64,000 nucleotides of DNA from Auanema rhodensis (lineage: Eukaryota > Animalia > Nematoda). This document shows positions 12,301 through 26,137 of the stretch, piece after piece; positions within the stretch are counted from its first letter, which is position 1; every line of letters starts with the position of its first letter. A model generated the notes under the pieces. The model was given only the letters and a program-made list of their open reading frames with translations, ran no database searches and was not told where the DNA came from. The stretch lies in NCBI GenBank assembly GCA_964057225.1, contig OZ059894.1, positions 18,538,001 to 18,602,000 on the forward strand, given 5' to 3'. The translations under genes and the position numbers were made by a program.

Positions 12301-15300
12301 CATTGAGAAACGCTTAAAACAAAAATTAGTTATTATCGTTTGAAAAATGATGCATTAGTGTATGTTGAGTTTCCATGTACACTCAACATTGCTTCCAAAA
12401 ACATTTTGACAAAAATTTTTTCGAAAAATTTCAAAATAATTTAGCAAAAAGTAGATGTTTTTAGATTCCTTTTTTCAAGGCAAAGACGATGGACAATGTT
12501 ATTCAACGAAAAAATTAATTCTTCAGGGTGAAAATCGAGGATATAAGTGTGAACTTATATCAGTTGATATCTCTCGGTGCATTTTTAAGCTAGCGCAAAT
12601 CTGTTAACACAGATCAACGCAGCTTAAAAATCCGCATCGAATGCACTATACTACATTGAGAAACGCTTAAAACAAAAATTAGTTATGATCGTTTGAAAAA
12701 TGATGCATTAGTGTATGTTGAGTTTCCATGTACACTCAACATTGCTTCCAAAAACATTTTGACAAAAATTTTTTCGAAAAATTTCAAAATAATTTAGCAA
12801 AAAGTAGATGTTTTTAGATTCCTTTTTTCAAGTCAAAGACGATGGACAATGTTATTCAACGAAAAAATTAATTCTTCAGGGTGAAAATCGAGGATATAAG
12901 TGTGAACTTATATCAGTTGATATCTCTCGGTGCATTTTTAAGCTAGCGCAAATCTGTTAACACAGATCAACGCAGCTTAAAAATCCGCATCGAATGCACT
13001 ATACTACATTGAGAAACGCTTAATACAAAAATTAGTTATGATCGTTTGAAAAATGATGCATTAGTGTATGTTGAGTTTCCATGTACACTCAACATTGCTT
13101 CCAAAAACATTTTGACAAAAATTTTTTCGAAAAATTTCAAAATAATTTAGCAAAAAGTAGATGTTTTTAGATTCCTTTTTTCAAGGCAAAGACGATGGAC
13201 AATGTTATTCAACGAAAAAATTAATTCTTCAGGGTGAAAATCGAGGATATAAGTGTGAACTTATATCAGTTGATATCTCTCGGTGCATTTTTAAGCTAGC
13301 GCAAATCTGTTAACACAGATCAACGCAGCTTAAAAATCCGCATCGAATGCACTATACTACATTGAGAAACGCTTAAAACAAAAATTAGTTATGATCGTTT
13401 GAAAAATGATGCATTAGTGTATGTTGAGTTTCCATGTACACTCAACATTGCTTCCAAAAACATTTTGACAAAAATTTTTTCGAAAAATTTCAAAATAATT
13501 TAGCAAAAAGTAGATGTTTTTAGATTCCTTTTTTCAAGGCAAAGACGATGGATGATGTTATTCAACGAAAAAATTAATTCTTCAGGGTGAAAATCGAGGA
13601 TATAAGTGTGAACTTATATCAGTTGATATCTCTCGGTGCATTTTTAAGCTAGCGCAAATCTGTTAACACAGATCAACGCAGCTTAAAAATCCGCATCGAA
13701 TGCACTATACTACATTGAGAAACGCTTAAAACAAAAATTAGTTATGATCGTTTGAAAAATGATGCATTAGTGTATGTTGAGTTTCCATGTACACTCAACA
13801 TTGCTTCCAAAAACATTTTGACAAAAATTTTTTCGAAAATTTTCAAAATAATTTAGCAAAAAGTAGATGTTTTTTGATTCCTTTTTTCAAGGCAAAGACG
13901 ATGGACAATGTTATTCAACGAAAAAATTAATTCTTCAGGGTGAAAATCGAGGATATAAGTGTGAACTTATATCAGTTGATATCTCGGTGTATTTTTAAGC
14001 TAGCGCAAATCAGTTAACACAGATCAACGCAGCTTAAAAATCCGCATCGAATGCACTATACTACATTGAGAAACGCTTAATACAAAATTTAGTTATGATC
14101 GTTTGAAAAATGATGCATTAGTGTATGTTGAGTTTCCATGTACACTCAACATTGCTTCCAAAAACATTTTGACAAAAATTTTTTCGAAAAATTTCAAAAT
14201 AATTTAGCAAAAAGTAGATGTTTTTAGATTCCTTTTTTCAAGGCAAAGACGATGGACAATGTTATTCAACGAAAAAATTAATTCTTCAGGGTGAAAATCG
14301 AGGATATAAGTGTGAACTTATATCAGTTGATATCTCGGTGCATTTTTAAGCTAGCGCAAATCTGATAACACAGATCAACGCAGCTTAAAAATCCGCATCG
14401 AATGAACTATACTACATTGAGAAACGCTTAAAACAAAAATTAGTTATGATCGTTTGAAAAATGATGCATTAGTGTATGTTGAGTTTCCATGTACACTCAA
14501 CATTGCTTCCAAAAACATTTTGACAAAAATTTTTTCGAAAAATTTCAAAATAATTTAGCAAAAAGTAGATGTTTTTAGATTCCTTTTTTCAAGGCAAAGA
14601 CGATGGACAATGTTATTCAACGAAAAAATTAATTCTTCAGGGTGAAAATCGAGGATATAAGTGTGAACTTATATCAGTTGATATCTCGGTGCATTTTTAA
14701 GCTAGCGCAAATCTGTTAACACAGATCAACGCAGCTTAAAAATCCGCATCGAATGCACTATACTACATTGAGAAACGCTTAATACAAAATTTAGTTATGA
14801 TCGTTTGAAAAATGATGCATTAGTGTATGTTGAGTTTCCATGTACACTCAACATTGCTTCCAAAAACATTTTGACAAAAATTTTTTCGAAAAATTTCAAA
14901 ATAATTTAGCAAAAAGTAGATGTTTTTAGATTCCTTTGTTCAAGGCAAAGACGATGGACAATGTTATTCAACGAAAAAATTAATTCTTCAGGGTGAAAAT
15001 CGAGGATATAAGTGTGAACTTATATCAGTTGATATCTCTCGGTGCATTTTTAAGCTAGCGCAAATCTGTTAACACAGATCAACGCAGCTTAAAAATCCGC
15101 ATCGAATGCACTATACTACATTGAGAAACGCTTAAAACAAAAATTAGTTATGATCGTTTGAAAAATGATGCATTAGTGTATGTTGAGTTTCCATGTACAC
15201 TCAACATTGCTTCCAAAAACATTTTGACAAAAATTTTTTCGAAAAATTTCAAAATAATTTAGCAAAAAGTAGATGTTTTTTGATTCCTTTTTTCAAGGCA

Positions 15301-18300
15301 AAGACGATGGACAATGTTATTCAACGAAAAAATTAATTCTTCAGGGTGAAAATCGAGGATATAAGTGTGAACTTATATCAGTTGATATCTCGGTGTATTT
15401 TTAAGCTAGCGCAAATCTGTTAACACAGATCAACGCAGCTTAAAAATCCGCATCGAATGCACTATACTACATTGAGAAACGCTTAATACAAAACTTAGTT
15501 ATGATCGTTTGAAAAATGATGCATTAGTGTATGTTGAGTTTCCATGTACACTCAACATTGCTTCCAAAAACATTTTGACAAAAATTTTTTCGAAAAATTT
15601 CAAAATAATTTAGCAAAAAGTAGATGTTTTTAGATTCCTTTTTTCAAGGCAAAGACGATGGACAATGTTATTCAACGAAAAAATTAATTCTTCAGGGTGA
15701 AAATCGAGGATATAAGTGTGAACTTATATCAGTTGATATCTCGGTGCATTTTTAAGCTAGCGCAAATCTGATAACACAGATCAACGCAGCTTAAAAATCC
15801 GCATCGAATGAACTATACTACATTGAGAAACGCTTAAAACAAAAATTAGTTATGATCGTTTGAAAAATGATGCATTAGTGTATGTTGAGTTTCCATGTAC
15901 ACTCAACATTGCTTCCAAAAACATTTTGACAAAAATTTTTTCGAAAAATTTCAAAATAATTTAGCAAAAAGTAGATGTTTTTAGATTCCTTTTTTCAAGG
16001 CAAAGACGATGGACAATGTTATTCAACGAAAAAATTAATTCTTCAGGGTGAAAATCGAGGATATAAGTGTGAACTTATATCAGTTGATATCTCTCGGTGC
16101 ATTTTTAAGCTAGCGCAAATCTGTTAACACAGATCAACGCAGCTTAAAAATCCGCATCGAATGCACTATACTACATTGAGAAACGCTTAAAACAAAAATT
16201 AGTTATGATCGTTTGAAAAATGATGCATTAGTGTATGTTGAGTTTCCATGTACACTCAACATTGCTTCCAAAAACATTTTGACAAAAATTTTTTCGAAAA
16301 ATTTCAAAATAATTTAGCAAAAAGTAGATGTTTTTAGATTCCTTTTTTCAAGGCAAAGACGATGGACAATGTTATTCAACGAAAAAATTAATTCTTCAGG
16401 GTGAAAATCGAGGATATAAGTGTGAACTTATATCAGTTGATATCTCTCGGTGCATTTTTAAGCTAGCGCAAATCTGTTAACACAGATCAACGCAGCTTAA
16501 AAATCCGCATCGAATGCACTATACTACATTGAGAAACGCTTAAAACAAAAATTAGTTATGATCGTTTGAAAAATGATGCATTAGTGTATGTTGAGTTTCC
16601 ATGTACACTCAACATTGCTTCCAAAAACATTTTGACAAAAATTTTTTCGAAAAATTTCAAAATAATTTAGCAAAAAGTAGATGTTTTTAGATTCCTTTTT
16701 TCAAGGCAAAGACGATGGACAATGTTATTCAACGAAAAAATTAATTCTTCAGGGTGAAAATCGAGGATATAAGTGTGAACTTATATCAGTTGATATCTCG
16801 GTGTATTTTTAAGCTAGCGCAAATCTGTTAACACAGATCAACGCAGCTTAAAAATCCGCATCGAATGCACTATACTACATTGAGAAACGCTTAATACAAA
16901 ATTTAGTTATGATCGTTTGAAAAATGATGCATTAGTGTATGTTGAGTTTCCATGTACACTCAACATTGCTTCCAAAAACATTTTGACAAAAATTTTTTCG
17001 AAAAATTTCAAAATAATTTAGCAAAAAGTAGATGTTTTTAGATTCCTTTGTTCAAGGCAAAGACGATGGACAATGTTATTCAACGAAAAAATTAATTCTT
17101 CAGGGTGAAAATCGAGGATATAAGTGTGAACTTATATCAGTTGATATCTCTCGGTGCATTTTTAAGCTAGCGCAAATCTGTTAACACAGATCAACGCAGC
17201 TTAAAAATCCGCATCGAATGCACTATACTACATTGAGAAACGCTTAAAACAAAAATTAGTTATGATCGTTTGAAAAATGATGCATTAGTGTATGTTGAGT
17301 TTCCATGTACACTCAACATTGCTTCCAAAAACATTTTGACAAAAATTTTTTCGAAATATTTCAAAATAATTTAGCAAAAAGTAGATGTTTTTTGATTCCT
17401 TTTTTCAAGGCAAAGACGATGGACAATGTTATTCAACGAAAAAATTAATTCTTCAGGGTGAAAATCGAGGATATAAGTGTGAACTTATATCAGTTGATAT
17501 CTCGGTGTATTTTTAAGCTAGCGCAAATCTGTTAACACAGATCAACGCAGCTTAAAAATCCGCATCGAATGCACTATACTACATTGAGAAACGCTTAATA
17601 CAAAACTTAGTTATGATCGTTTGAAAAATGATGCATTAGTGTATGTTGAGTTTCCATGTACACTCAACATTGCTTCCAAAAACATTTTGACAAAAATTTT
17701 TTCGAAAAATTTCAAAATAATTTAGCAAAAAGTAGATGTTTTTAGATTCCTTTTTTCAAGGCAAAGACGATGGACAATGTTATTCAACGAAAAAATTAAT
17801 TCTTCAGGGTGAAAATCGAGGATATAAGTGTGAACTTATATCAGTTGATATCTCGGTGCATTTTTAAGCTAGCGCAAATCTGATAACACAGATCAACGCA
17901 GCTTAAAAATCCGCATCGAATGAACTATACTACATTGAGAAACGCTTAAAACAAAAATTAGTTATGATCGTTTGAAAAATGATGCATTAGTGTATGTTGA
18001 GTTTCCATGTACACTCAACATTGCTTCCAAAAACATTTTGACAAAAATTTTTTCGAAAAATTTCAAAATAATTTAGCAAAAAGTAGATGTTTTTAGATTC
18101 CTTTTTTCAAGGCAAAGACGATGGACAATGTTATTCAACGAAAAAATTAATTCTTCAGGGTGAAAATCGAGGATATAAGTGTGAACTTATATCAGTTGAT
18201 ATCTCTCGGTGCATTTTTAAGCTAGCGCAAATCTGTTAACACAGATCAACGCAGCTTAAAAATCCGCATCGAATGCACTATACTACATTGAGAAACGCTT

Positions 18301-20404
18301 AAAACAAAAATTAGTTATGATCGTTTGAAAAATGATGCATTAGTGTATGTTGAGTTTCCATGTACACTCAACATTGCTTCCAAAAACATTTTGACAAAAA
18401 TTTTTTCGAAAAATTTCAAAATAATTTAGCAAAAAGTAGATGTTTTTAGATTCCTTTTTTCAAGGCAAAGACGATGGACAATGTTATTCAACGAAAAAAT
18501 TAATTCTTCAGGGTGAAAATCGAGGATATAAGTGTGAACTTATATCAGTTGATATCTCGGTGTATTTTTAAGCTAGCGCAAATCTGTTAACACAGATCAA
18601 CGCAGCTTAAAAATCCGCATCGAATGCACTATACTACATTGAGAAACGCTTAATACAAAATTTAGTTATGATCGTTTGAAAAATGATGCATTAGTGTATG
18701 TTGAGTTTCCATGTACACTCAACATTGCTTCCAAAAACATTTTGACAAAAATTTTTTCGAAAAATTTCAAAATAATTTAGCAAAAAGTAGATGTTTTTAG
18801 ATTCCTTTTTTCAAGGCAAAGACGATGGACAATGTTATTCAACGAAAAAATTAATTCTTCAGGGTGAAAATCGAGGATATAAGTGTGAACTTATATCAGT
18901 TGATATCTCGGTGTATTTTTAAGCTAGCGCAAATCTGTTAACACAGATCAACGCAGCTTAAAAATCCGCATCGAATGCACTATACTACATTGAGAAACGC
19001 TTAATACAAAATTTAGTTATGATCGTTTGAAAAATGATGCATTAGTGTATGTTGAGTTTCCATGTACACTCAACATTGCTTCCAAAAACATTTTGACAAA
19101 AATTTTTTCGAAAAATTTCAAAATAATTTAGCAAAAAGTAGATGTTTTTAGATTCCTTTTTTCAAGGCAAAGACGATGGACAATGTTATTCAACGAAAAA
19201 ATTAATTCTTCAGGGTGAAAATCGAGGATATAAGTGTGAACTTATATCAGTTGATATCTCTCGGTGCATTTTTAAGCTAGCGCAAATCTGTTAACACAGA
19301 TCAACGCAGCTTAAAAATCCGCATCGAATGCACTATACTACATTGAGAAACGCTTAATACAAAATTTAGTTATGATCGTTTGAAAAATGATGCATTAGTG
19401 TATGTTGAGTTTCCATGTACACTCAACATTGCTTCCAAAAACATTTTGACAAAAATTTTTTCGAAAAATTTCAAAATAATTTAGCAAAAAGTAGATGTTT
19501 TTAGATTCCTTTTTTCAAGGCAAAGACGATGGACAATGTTATTCAACGAAAAAATTAATTCTTCAGGGTGAAAATTGAGGATATAAGTATGAACTTATAT
19601 CAGTTGATATCTCGGTGCATTTTTAAGCTAGCGCAAATCTGTTAACACAGATCAACGCAGCTTAAAAATCCGCATCGAATGCACTATACTACATTGAGAA
19701 ACGCTCAAAACAAAAATTAGTTATGATCGTTTGAAAAATGATGCATTAGTGTATGTTGAGTTTCCATGTACACTCAACATTGCTTCCAAAAACATTTTGA
19801 CAAAAATTTTTTCGAAAAATTTCAAAATAATTTAGCAAAAAGTAGATGTTTTTAGATTCCTTTTTTTCAAGGCAAAGACGATGGACAATGTTATTCAACG
19901 AAAAAATTAATTCTTCAGGGTGAAAATCGAGGATATAAGTGTGAACTTATATCAGTTGATATCTCGGTGCATTTTTAAGCTAGCGCAAATCTGATAACAC
20001 AGATCAACGCAGCTTAAAAATCCGCATCGAATGCACTATACTACATTGAGAAACGCTTAATACAAAAATTAGTTATGATCGTTTGAAAAATGATGCATTA
20101 GTGTATGTTGAGTTTCCATGTACACTCAACATTGCTTCCAAAAACATTTTGACAAAAATTTTTTCGAAAAATTTCAAAATAATTTAGCAAAAAGTAGATG
20201 TTTTTAGATTCCTTTTTTTCAAGGCAAAGACGATGGACAATGTTATTCAACGAAAAAATTGATTCTTCAGGGTGAAAATCGAGGATATAAGTGTGAACTT
20301 ATATCAGTTGATATCTCGGTGCAATTTTAAGCTAGCGCAAATCTGATAACACAGATCGACGCAGCTTAAAAATCCGCATCGAATGCACTATACTACATTG
20401 AGAA

Positions 20405-20732
20405 ACGCTTAATACAAAAATTAGTTATGATCGTTTGAAACATGATGCATTGCTTCAACATTGCTTCCAAAAACATTTTGACAAAAATTTTTTCGAAAAA
20501 TTTCAAAATAATTTAGCAAAAAGTAGATGTTTTTAGATTCCTTTTTTCAAGGCAAAGACGATGGACAATGTTATTCAACGAAAAAATTAATTCTTCAGGG
20601 TGAAAATCGAGGATATAAGTGTGAACTTATATCAGTTGATATCTCGGTGCATTTTTAAGCTAGCGCAAATCTGATAACACAGATCGACGCAGCTTAAAAA
20701 TCCGCATCGAATGCACTATACTACATTGAGAA
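20405..20732. repeat. 328-bp monomer class (first copy; roughly 16 stand-alone copies)
   Basis: GATGCATT[AGTGTATGTTGAGTTTCCATGTACAC]TCAAC is replaced by GATGCATT[GCT]TCAAC. Period 20405 to 20733 is 328. Confidence 0.95.
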
Positions 20733-21060
20733 ACGCTTAATACAAAAATTAGTTATGATCGTTTGAAACATGATGCATTGCTTCAACATTGCTTCCAAAA
20801 ACATTTTGACAAAAATTTTTTCGAAAAATTTCAAAATAATTTAGCAAAAAGTAGATGTTTTTAGATTCCTTTTTTCAAGGCAAAGACGATGGACAATGTT
20901 ATTCAACGAAAAAATTAATTCTTCAGGGTGAAAATCGAGGATATAAGTGTGAACTTATATCAGTTGATATCTCGGTGCATTTTTAAGCTAGCGCAAATCT
21001 GATAACACAGATCGACGCAGCTTAAAAATCCGCATCGAATGCACTATACTACATTGAAAA

Positions 21061-21480
21061 ACGCTTAATACAAAAATTAGTTATGATCGTTTGAAACATG
21101 ATGCATTGCTTCAACATTGCTTCCAAAAACATTTTGACAAAAATTTTTTCGAAAAATTTCAAAATAATTTAGCAAAAAGTAGATGTTTTTGATGCATTGC
21201 TTCAACATTGCTTCCAAAAACATTTTGACAAAAATTTTTTCGAAAAATTTCAAAATAATTTAGCAAAAAGTAGATGTTTTTTAGATTCCTTTTTTCAAGG
21301 CAAAGACGATGGACAATGTCATTCAACGAAAAAATTAATTCTTCAGGGTGAAAATCGAGGATATAAGTGTGAACTTATATCAGTTGATATCTCGGTGCAT
21401 TTTTAAGCTAGCGCAAATCTGATAACACAGATCGACGCAGCTTAAAAATCCGCATCGAATGCACTATACTACATTGAGAA
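21061..21480. repeat. 419/420-bp monomer class with internal 91-bp tandem duplication (first copy)
   Basis: GATGCATTGCTTC...AGTAGATGTTTTT starts at 21100 and again at 21191. I counted the same junction 19 times in the window (17 in this class, 2 in the 442-bp class). Confidence 0.95.
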
Positions 21481-23939
21481 ACGCTCAAAACAAAAATTAG
21501 TTATGATCGTTTGAAAAATGATGCATTAGTGTATGTTGAGTTTCCATGTACACTCAACATTGCTTCCAAAAACATTTTGACAAAAATTTTTTCGAGAAAT
21601 TTCAAAATAATTTAGCAAAAAGTAGATGTTTTTAGATTCCTTTTTTTCAAGGCAAAGACGATGGACAATGTTATTCAACGAAAAAATTAATTCTTCAGGG
21701 TGAAAATCGAGGATATAAGTGTGAACTTATATCAGTTGATATCTCGGTGCATTTTTAAGCTAGCGCAAATCTGTTAACACAGATCAACGCAGCTTAAAAA
21801 TCCGCATCGAATGCACTATACTACATTGAGAAACGCTTAATACAAAAATTAGTTATGATCGTTTGAAAAATGATGCATTAGTGTATGTTGAGTTTCCATG
21901 TACACTCAACATTGCTTCCAAAAACATTTTGACAAAAATTTTTTCGAAAAATTTCAAAATAATTTAGCAAAAAGTAGATGTTTTTAGATTCCTTTTTTCA
22001 AGGCAAAGACGATGGACAATGTTATTCAACGAAAAAATTAATTCTTCAGGGTGAAAATCGAGGATATAAGTGTGAACTTATATCAGTTGATATCTCGGTG
22101 TATTTTTAAGCTAGCGCAAATCTGTTAACACAGATCAACGCAGCTTAAAAATCCGCATCGAATGCACTATACTACATTGAGAAACGCTTAATACAAAATT
22201 TAGTTATGATCGTTTGAAAAATGATGCATTAGTGTATGTTGAGTTTCCATGTACACTCAACATTGCTTCCAAAAACATTTTGACAAAAATTTTTTCGAAA
22301 AATTTCAAAATAATTTAGCAAAAAGTAGATGTTTTTAGATTCCTTTTTTCAAGGCAAAGACGATGGACAATGTTATTCAACGAAAAAATTAATTCTTCAG
22401 GGTGAAAATCGAGGATATAAGTGTGAACTTATATCAGTTGATATCTCGGTGCATTTTTAAGCTAGCGCAAATCTGTTAACACAGATCAACGCAGCTTAAA
22501 AATCCGCATCGAATGCACTATACTACATTGAGAAACGCTTAATACAAAATTTAGTTATGATCGTTTGAAAAATGATGCATTAGTGTATGTTGAGTTTCCA
22601 TGTACACTCAACATTGCTTCCAAAAACATTTTGACAAAAATTTTTTCGAAAAATTTCAAAATAATTTAGCAAAAAGTAGATGTTTTTAGATTCCTTTTTT
22701 CAAGGCAAAGACGATGGACAATGTTATTCAACGAAAAAATTAATTCTTCAGGGTGAAAATCGAGGATATAAGTGTGAACTTATATCAGTTGATATCTCGG
22801 TGCATTTTTAAGCTAGCGCAAATCTATTAACACAGATCAACGCAGCTTAAAAATCCGCATCGAATGCACTATACTACATTGAGAAACGCTTAAAACAAAA
22901 ATTAGTTATGATCGTTTGAAAAATGATGCATTAGTGTATGTTGAGTTTCCATGTACACTCAACATTGCTTCCAAAAACATTTTGACAAAAATTTTTTCGA
23001 AAAATTTCAAAATAATTTAGCAAAAAGTAGATGTTTTTAGATTCCTTTTTTCAAGGCAAAGACGATGGACAATGTTATTCAACGAAAAAATTAATTCTTC
23101 AGGGTGAAAATCGAGGATATAAGTGTGAACTTATATCAGTTGATATCTCGGTGTATTTTTAAGCTAGCGCAAATCTGTTAACACAGATCAACGCAGCTTA
23201 AAAATCCGCATCGAATGCACTATACTACATTGAGAAACGCTTAATACAAAATTTAGTTATGATCGTTTGAAAAATGATGCATTAGTGTATGTTGAGTTTC
23301 CATGTACACTCAACATTGCTTCCAAAAACATTTTGACAAAAATTTTTTCGAAACATTTCAAAATAATTTAGCAAAAAGTAGATGTTTTTAGATTCCTTTT
23401 TTCAAGGCAAAGACGATGGACAATGTTATTCAACGAAAAAATTAATTCTTCAGGGTGAAAATTGAGGATATAAGTGTGAACTTATTTCAGTTGATATCTC
23501 GGTGCATTTTTAAGCTAGCGCAAATCTGTTAACACAGATCAACGCAGCTTAAAAATCCGCATCGAATGCACTATACTACATTGAGAAACGCTCAAAACAA
23601 AAATTAGTTATGATCGTTTGAAAAATGATGCATTAGTGTATGTTGAGTTTCCATGTACACTCAACATTGCTTCCAAAAACATTTTGACAAAAATTTTTTC
23701 GAAAAATTTCAAAATAATTTAGCAAAAAGTAGATGTTTTTAGATTCCTTTTTTTCAAGGCAAAGACGATGGACAATGTTATTCAACGAAAAAATTAATTC
23801 TTCAGGGTGAAAATCGAGGATATAAGTGTGAACTTATATCAGTTGATATCTCGGTGCATTTTTAAGCTAGCACAAATCTGATAACACAGATCGACGCAGC
23901 TTAAAAATCCGCATCGAATGCACTATACTACATTGAGAA

Positions 23940-26137
23940 ACGCTCAAAACAAAAATTAGTTATGATCGTTTGAAACATGATGCATTGCTTCAACATTGCT
24001 TCCAAAAACATTTTGACAAAAATTTTTTCGAAAAATTTCAAAATAATTTAGCAAAAAGTAGATGTTTTTAGATTCCTTTTTTCAAGGCAAAGACGATGGA
24101 CAATGTTATTCAACGAAAAAATTAATTCTTCAGGGTGAAAATCGAGGATATAAGTGTGAACTTATATCAGTTGATATCTCGGTGCATTTTTAAGCTAGCG
24201 CAAATCTGATAACACAGATCGACGCAGCTTAAAAATCCGCATCGAATGCACTATACTACATTGAGAAACGCTTAATACAAAAATTAGTTATGATCGTTTG
24301 AAACATGATGCATTGCTTCAACATTGCTTCCAAAAACATTTTGACAAAAATTTTTTCGAAAAATTTCAAAATAATTTAGCAAAAAGTAGATGTTTTTGAT
24401 GCATTGCTTCAACATTGCTTCCAAAAACATTTTGACAAAAATTTTTTCGAAAAATTTCAAAATAATTTAGCAAAAAGTAGATGTTTTTAGATTCCTTTTT
24501 TCAAGGCAAAGACGATGGACAATGTCATTCAACGAAAAAATTAATTCTTCAGGGTGAAAATCGAGGATATAAGTGTGAACTTATATCAGTTGATATCTCG
24601 GTGCATTTTTAAGCTAGCGCAAATCTGATAACACAGATCGACGCAGCTTAAAAATCCGCATCGAATGCACTATACTACATTGAGAAACGCTCAAAACAAA
24701 AATTAGTTATGATCGTTTGAAAAATGATGCATTAGTGTATGTTGAGTTTCCATGTACACTCAACATTGCTTCCAAAAACATTTTGACAAAAATTTTTTCG
24801 AGAAATTTCAAAATAATTTAGCAAAAAGTAGATGTTTTTAGATTCCTTTTTTTCAAGGCAAAGACGATGGACAATGTTATTCAACGAAAAAATTAATTCT
24901 TCAGGGTGAAAATCGAGGATATAAGTGTGAACTTATATCAGTTGATATCTCGGTGCATTTTTAAGCTAGCGCAAATCTGATAACACAGATCAACGCAGCT
25001 TAAAAATCCGCATCGAATGCACTATACTACATTGAGAAACGCTCAAAACAAAAATTAGTTATGATCGTTTGAAAAATGATGCATTGCTTCAACATTGCTT
25101 CCAAAAACATTTTGACAAAAATTTTTTCGAGAAATTTCAAAATAATTTAGCAAAAAGTAGATGTTTTTAGATTCCTTTTTTCAAGGCAAAGACGATGGAC
25201 AATGTTATTCAACGAAAAAATTAATTCTTCAGGGTGAAAATCGAGGATATAAGTGTGAACTTATATCAGTTGATATCTCGGTGCAATTTTAAGCTAGCGC
25301 AAATCTGATAACACAGATCGACGCAGCTTAAAAATCCGCATCGAATGCACTATACTACATTGAGAAACGCTTAATACAAAAATTAGTTATGATCGTTTGA
25401 AACATGATGCATTGCTTCAACATTGCTTCCAAAAACATTTTGACAAAAATTTTTTCGAAAAATTTCAAAATAATTTAGCAAAAAGTAGATGTTTTTGATG
25501 CATTGCTTCAACATTGCTTCCAAAAACATTTTGACAAAAATTTTTTCGAAAAATTTCAAAATAATTTAGCAAAAAGTAGATGTTTTTAGATTCCTTTTTT
25601 CAAGGCAAAGACGATGGACAATGTCATTCAACGAAAAAATTAATTCTTCAGGGTGAAAATCGAGGATATAAGTGTGAACTTATATCAGTTGATATCTCGG
25701 TGCATTTTTAAGCTAGCGCAAATCTGATAACACAGATCGACGCAGCTTAAAAATCCGCATCGAATGCACTATACTACATTGAGAAACGCTCAAAACAAAA
25801 ATTAGTTATGATCGTTTGAAAAATGATGCATTAGTGTATGTTGAGTTTCCATGTACACTCAACATTGCTTCCAAAAACATTTTGACAAAAATTTTTTCGA
25901 GAAATTTCAAAATAATTTAGCAAAAAGTAGATGTTTTTAGATTCCTTTTTTTCAAGGCAAAGACGATGGACAATGTTATTCAACGAAAAAATTAATTCTT
26001 CAGGGTGAAAATCGAGGATATAAGTGTGAACTTATATCAGTTGATATCTCGGTGCATTTTTAAGCTAGCGCAAATCTGATAACACAGATCAACGCAGCTT
26101 AAAAATCCGCATCGAATGCACTATACTACATTGAGAA
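23940..26137. repeat. Higher-order repeat: (328+419+352 = 1099 bp) x2; doublets also at 36366-38563 and 38915-41112
   Basis: Monomer starts at 23940, 24268, 24687, 25039, 25367, 25786 and 26138. Junction pairs 24398/25497, 36824/37923 and 39373/40472 are each 1099 apart. Confidence 0.9.

Larger units (their letters stand above)
1..19340. repeat. Sub-domain A: mixed 351/353-bp monomers, no structural variants
   Basis: The +TC allele is frequent here and last seen at ~19260. I saw no 328/419-bp monomers, no ACGCTCAAAA allele and no CCT7C allele in this interval. Confidence 0.85.

Noticed and set aside
21197-21406. 69-aa ORF
   Set aside because: It exists only because one extra T in a homopolymer near 21280 fuses two frames in a single monomer. 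It has a TTG start and no recognisable domain, and the extra T may be a sequencing error.
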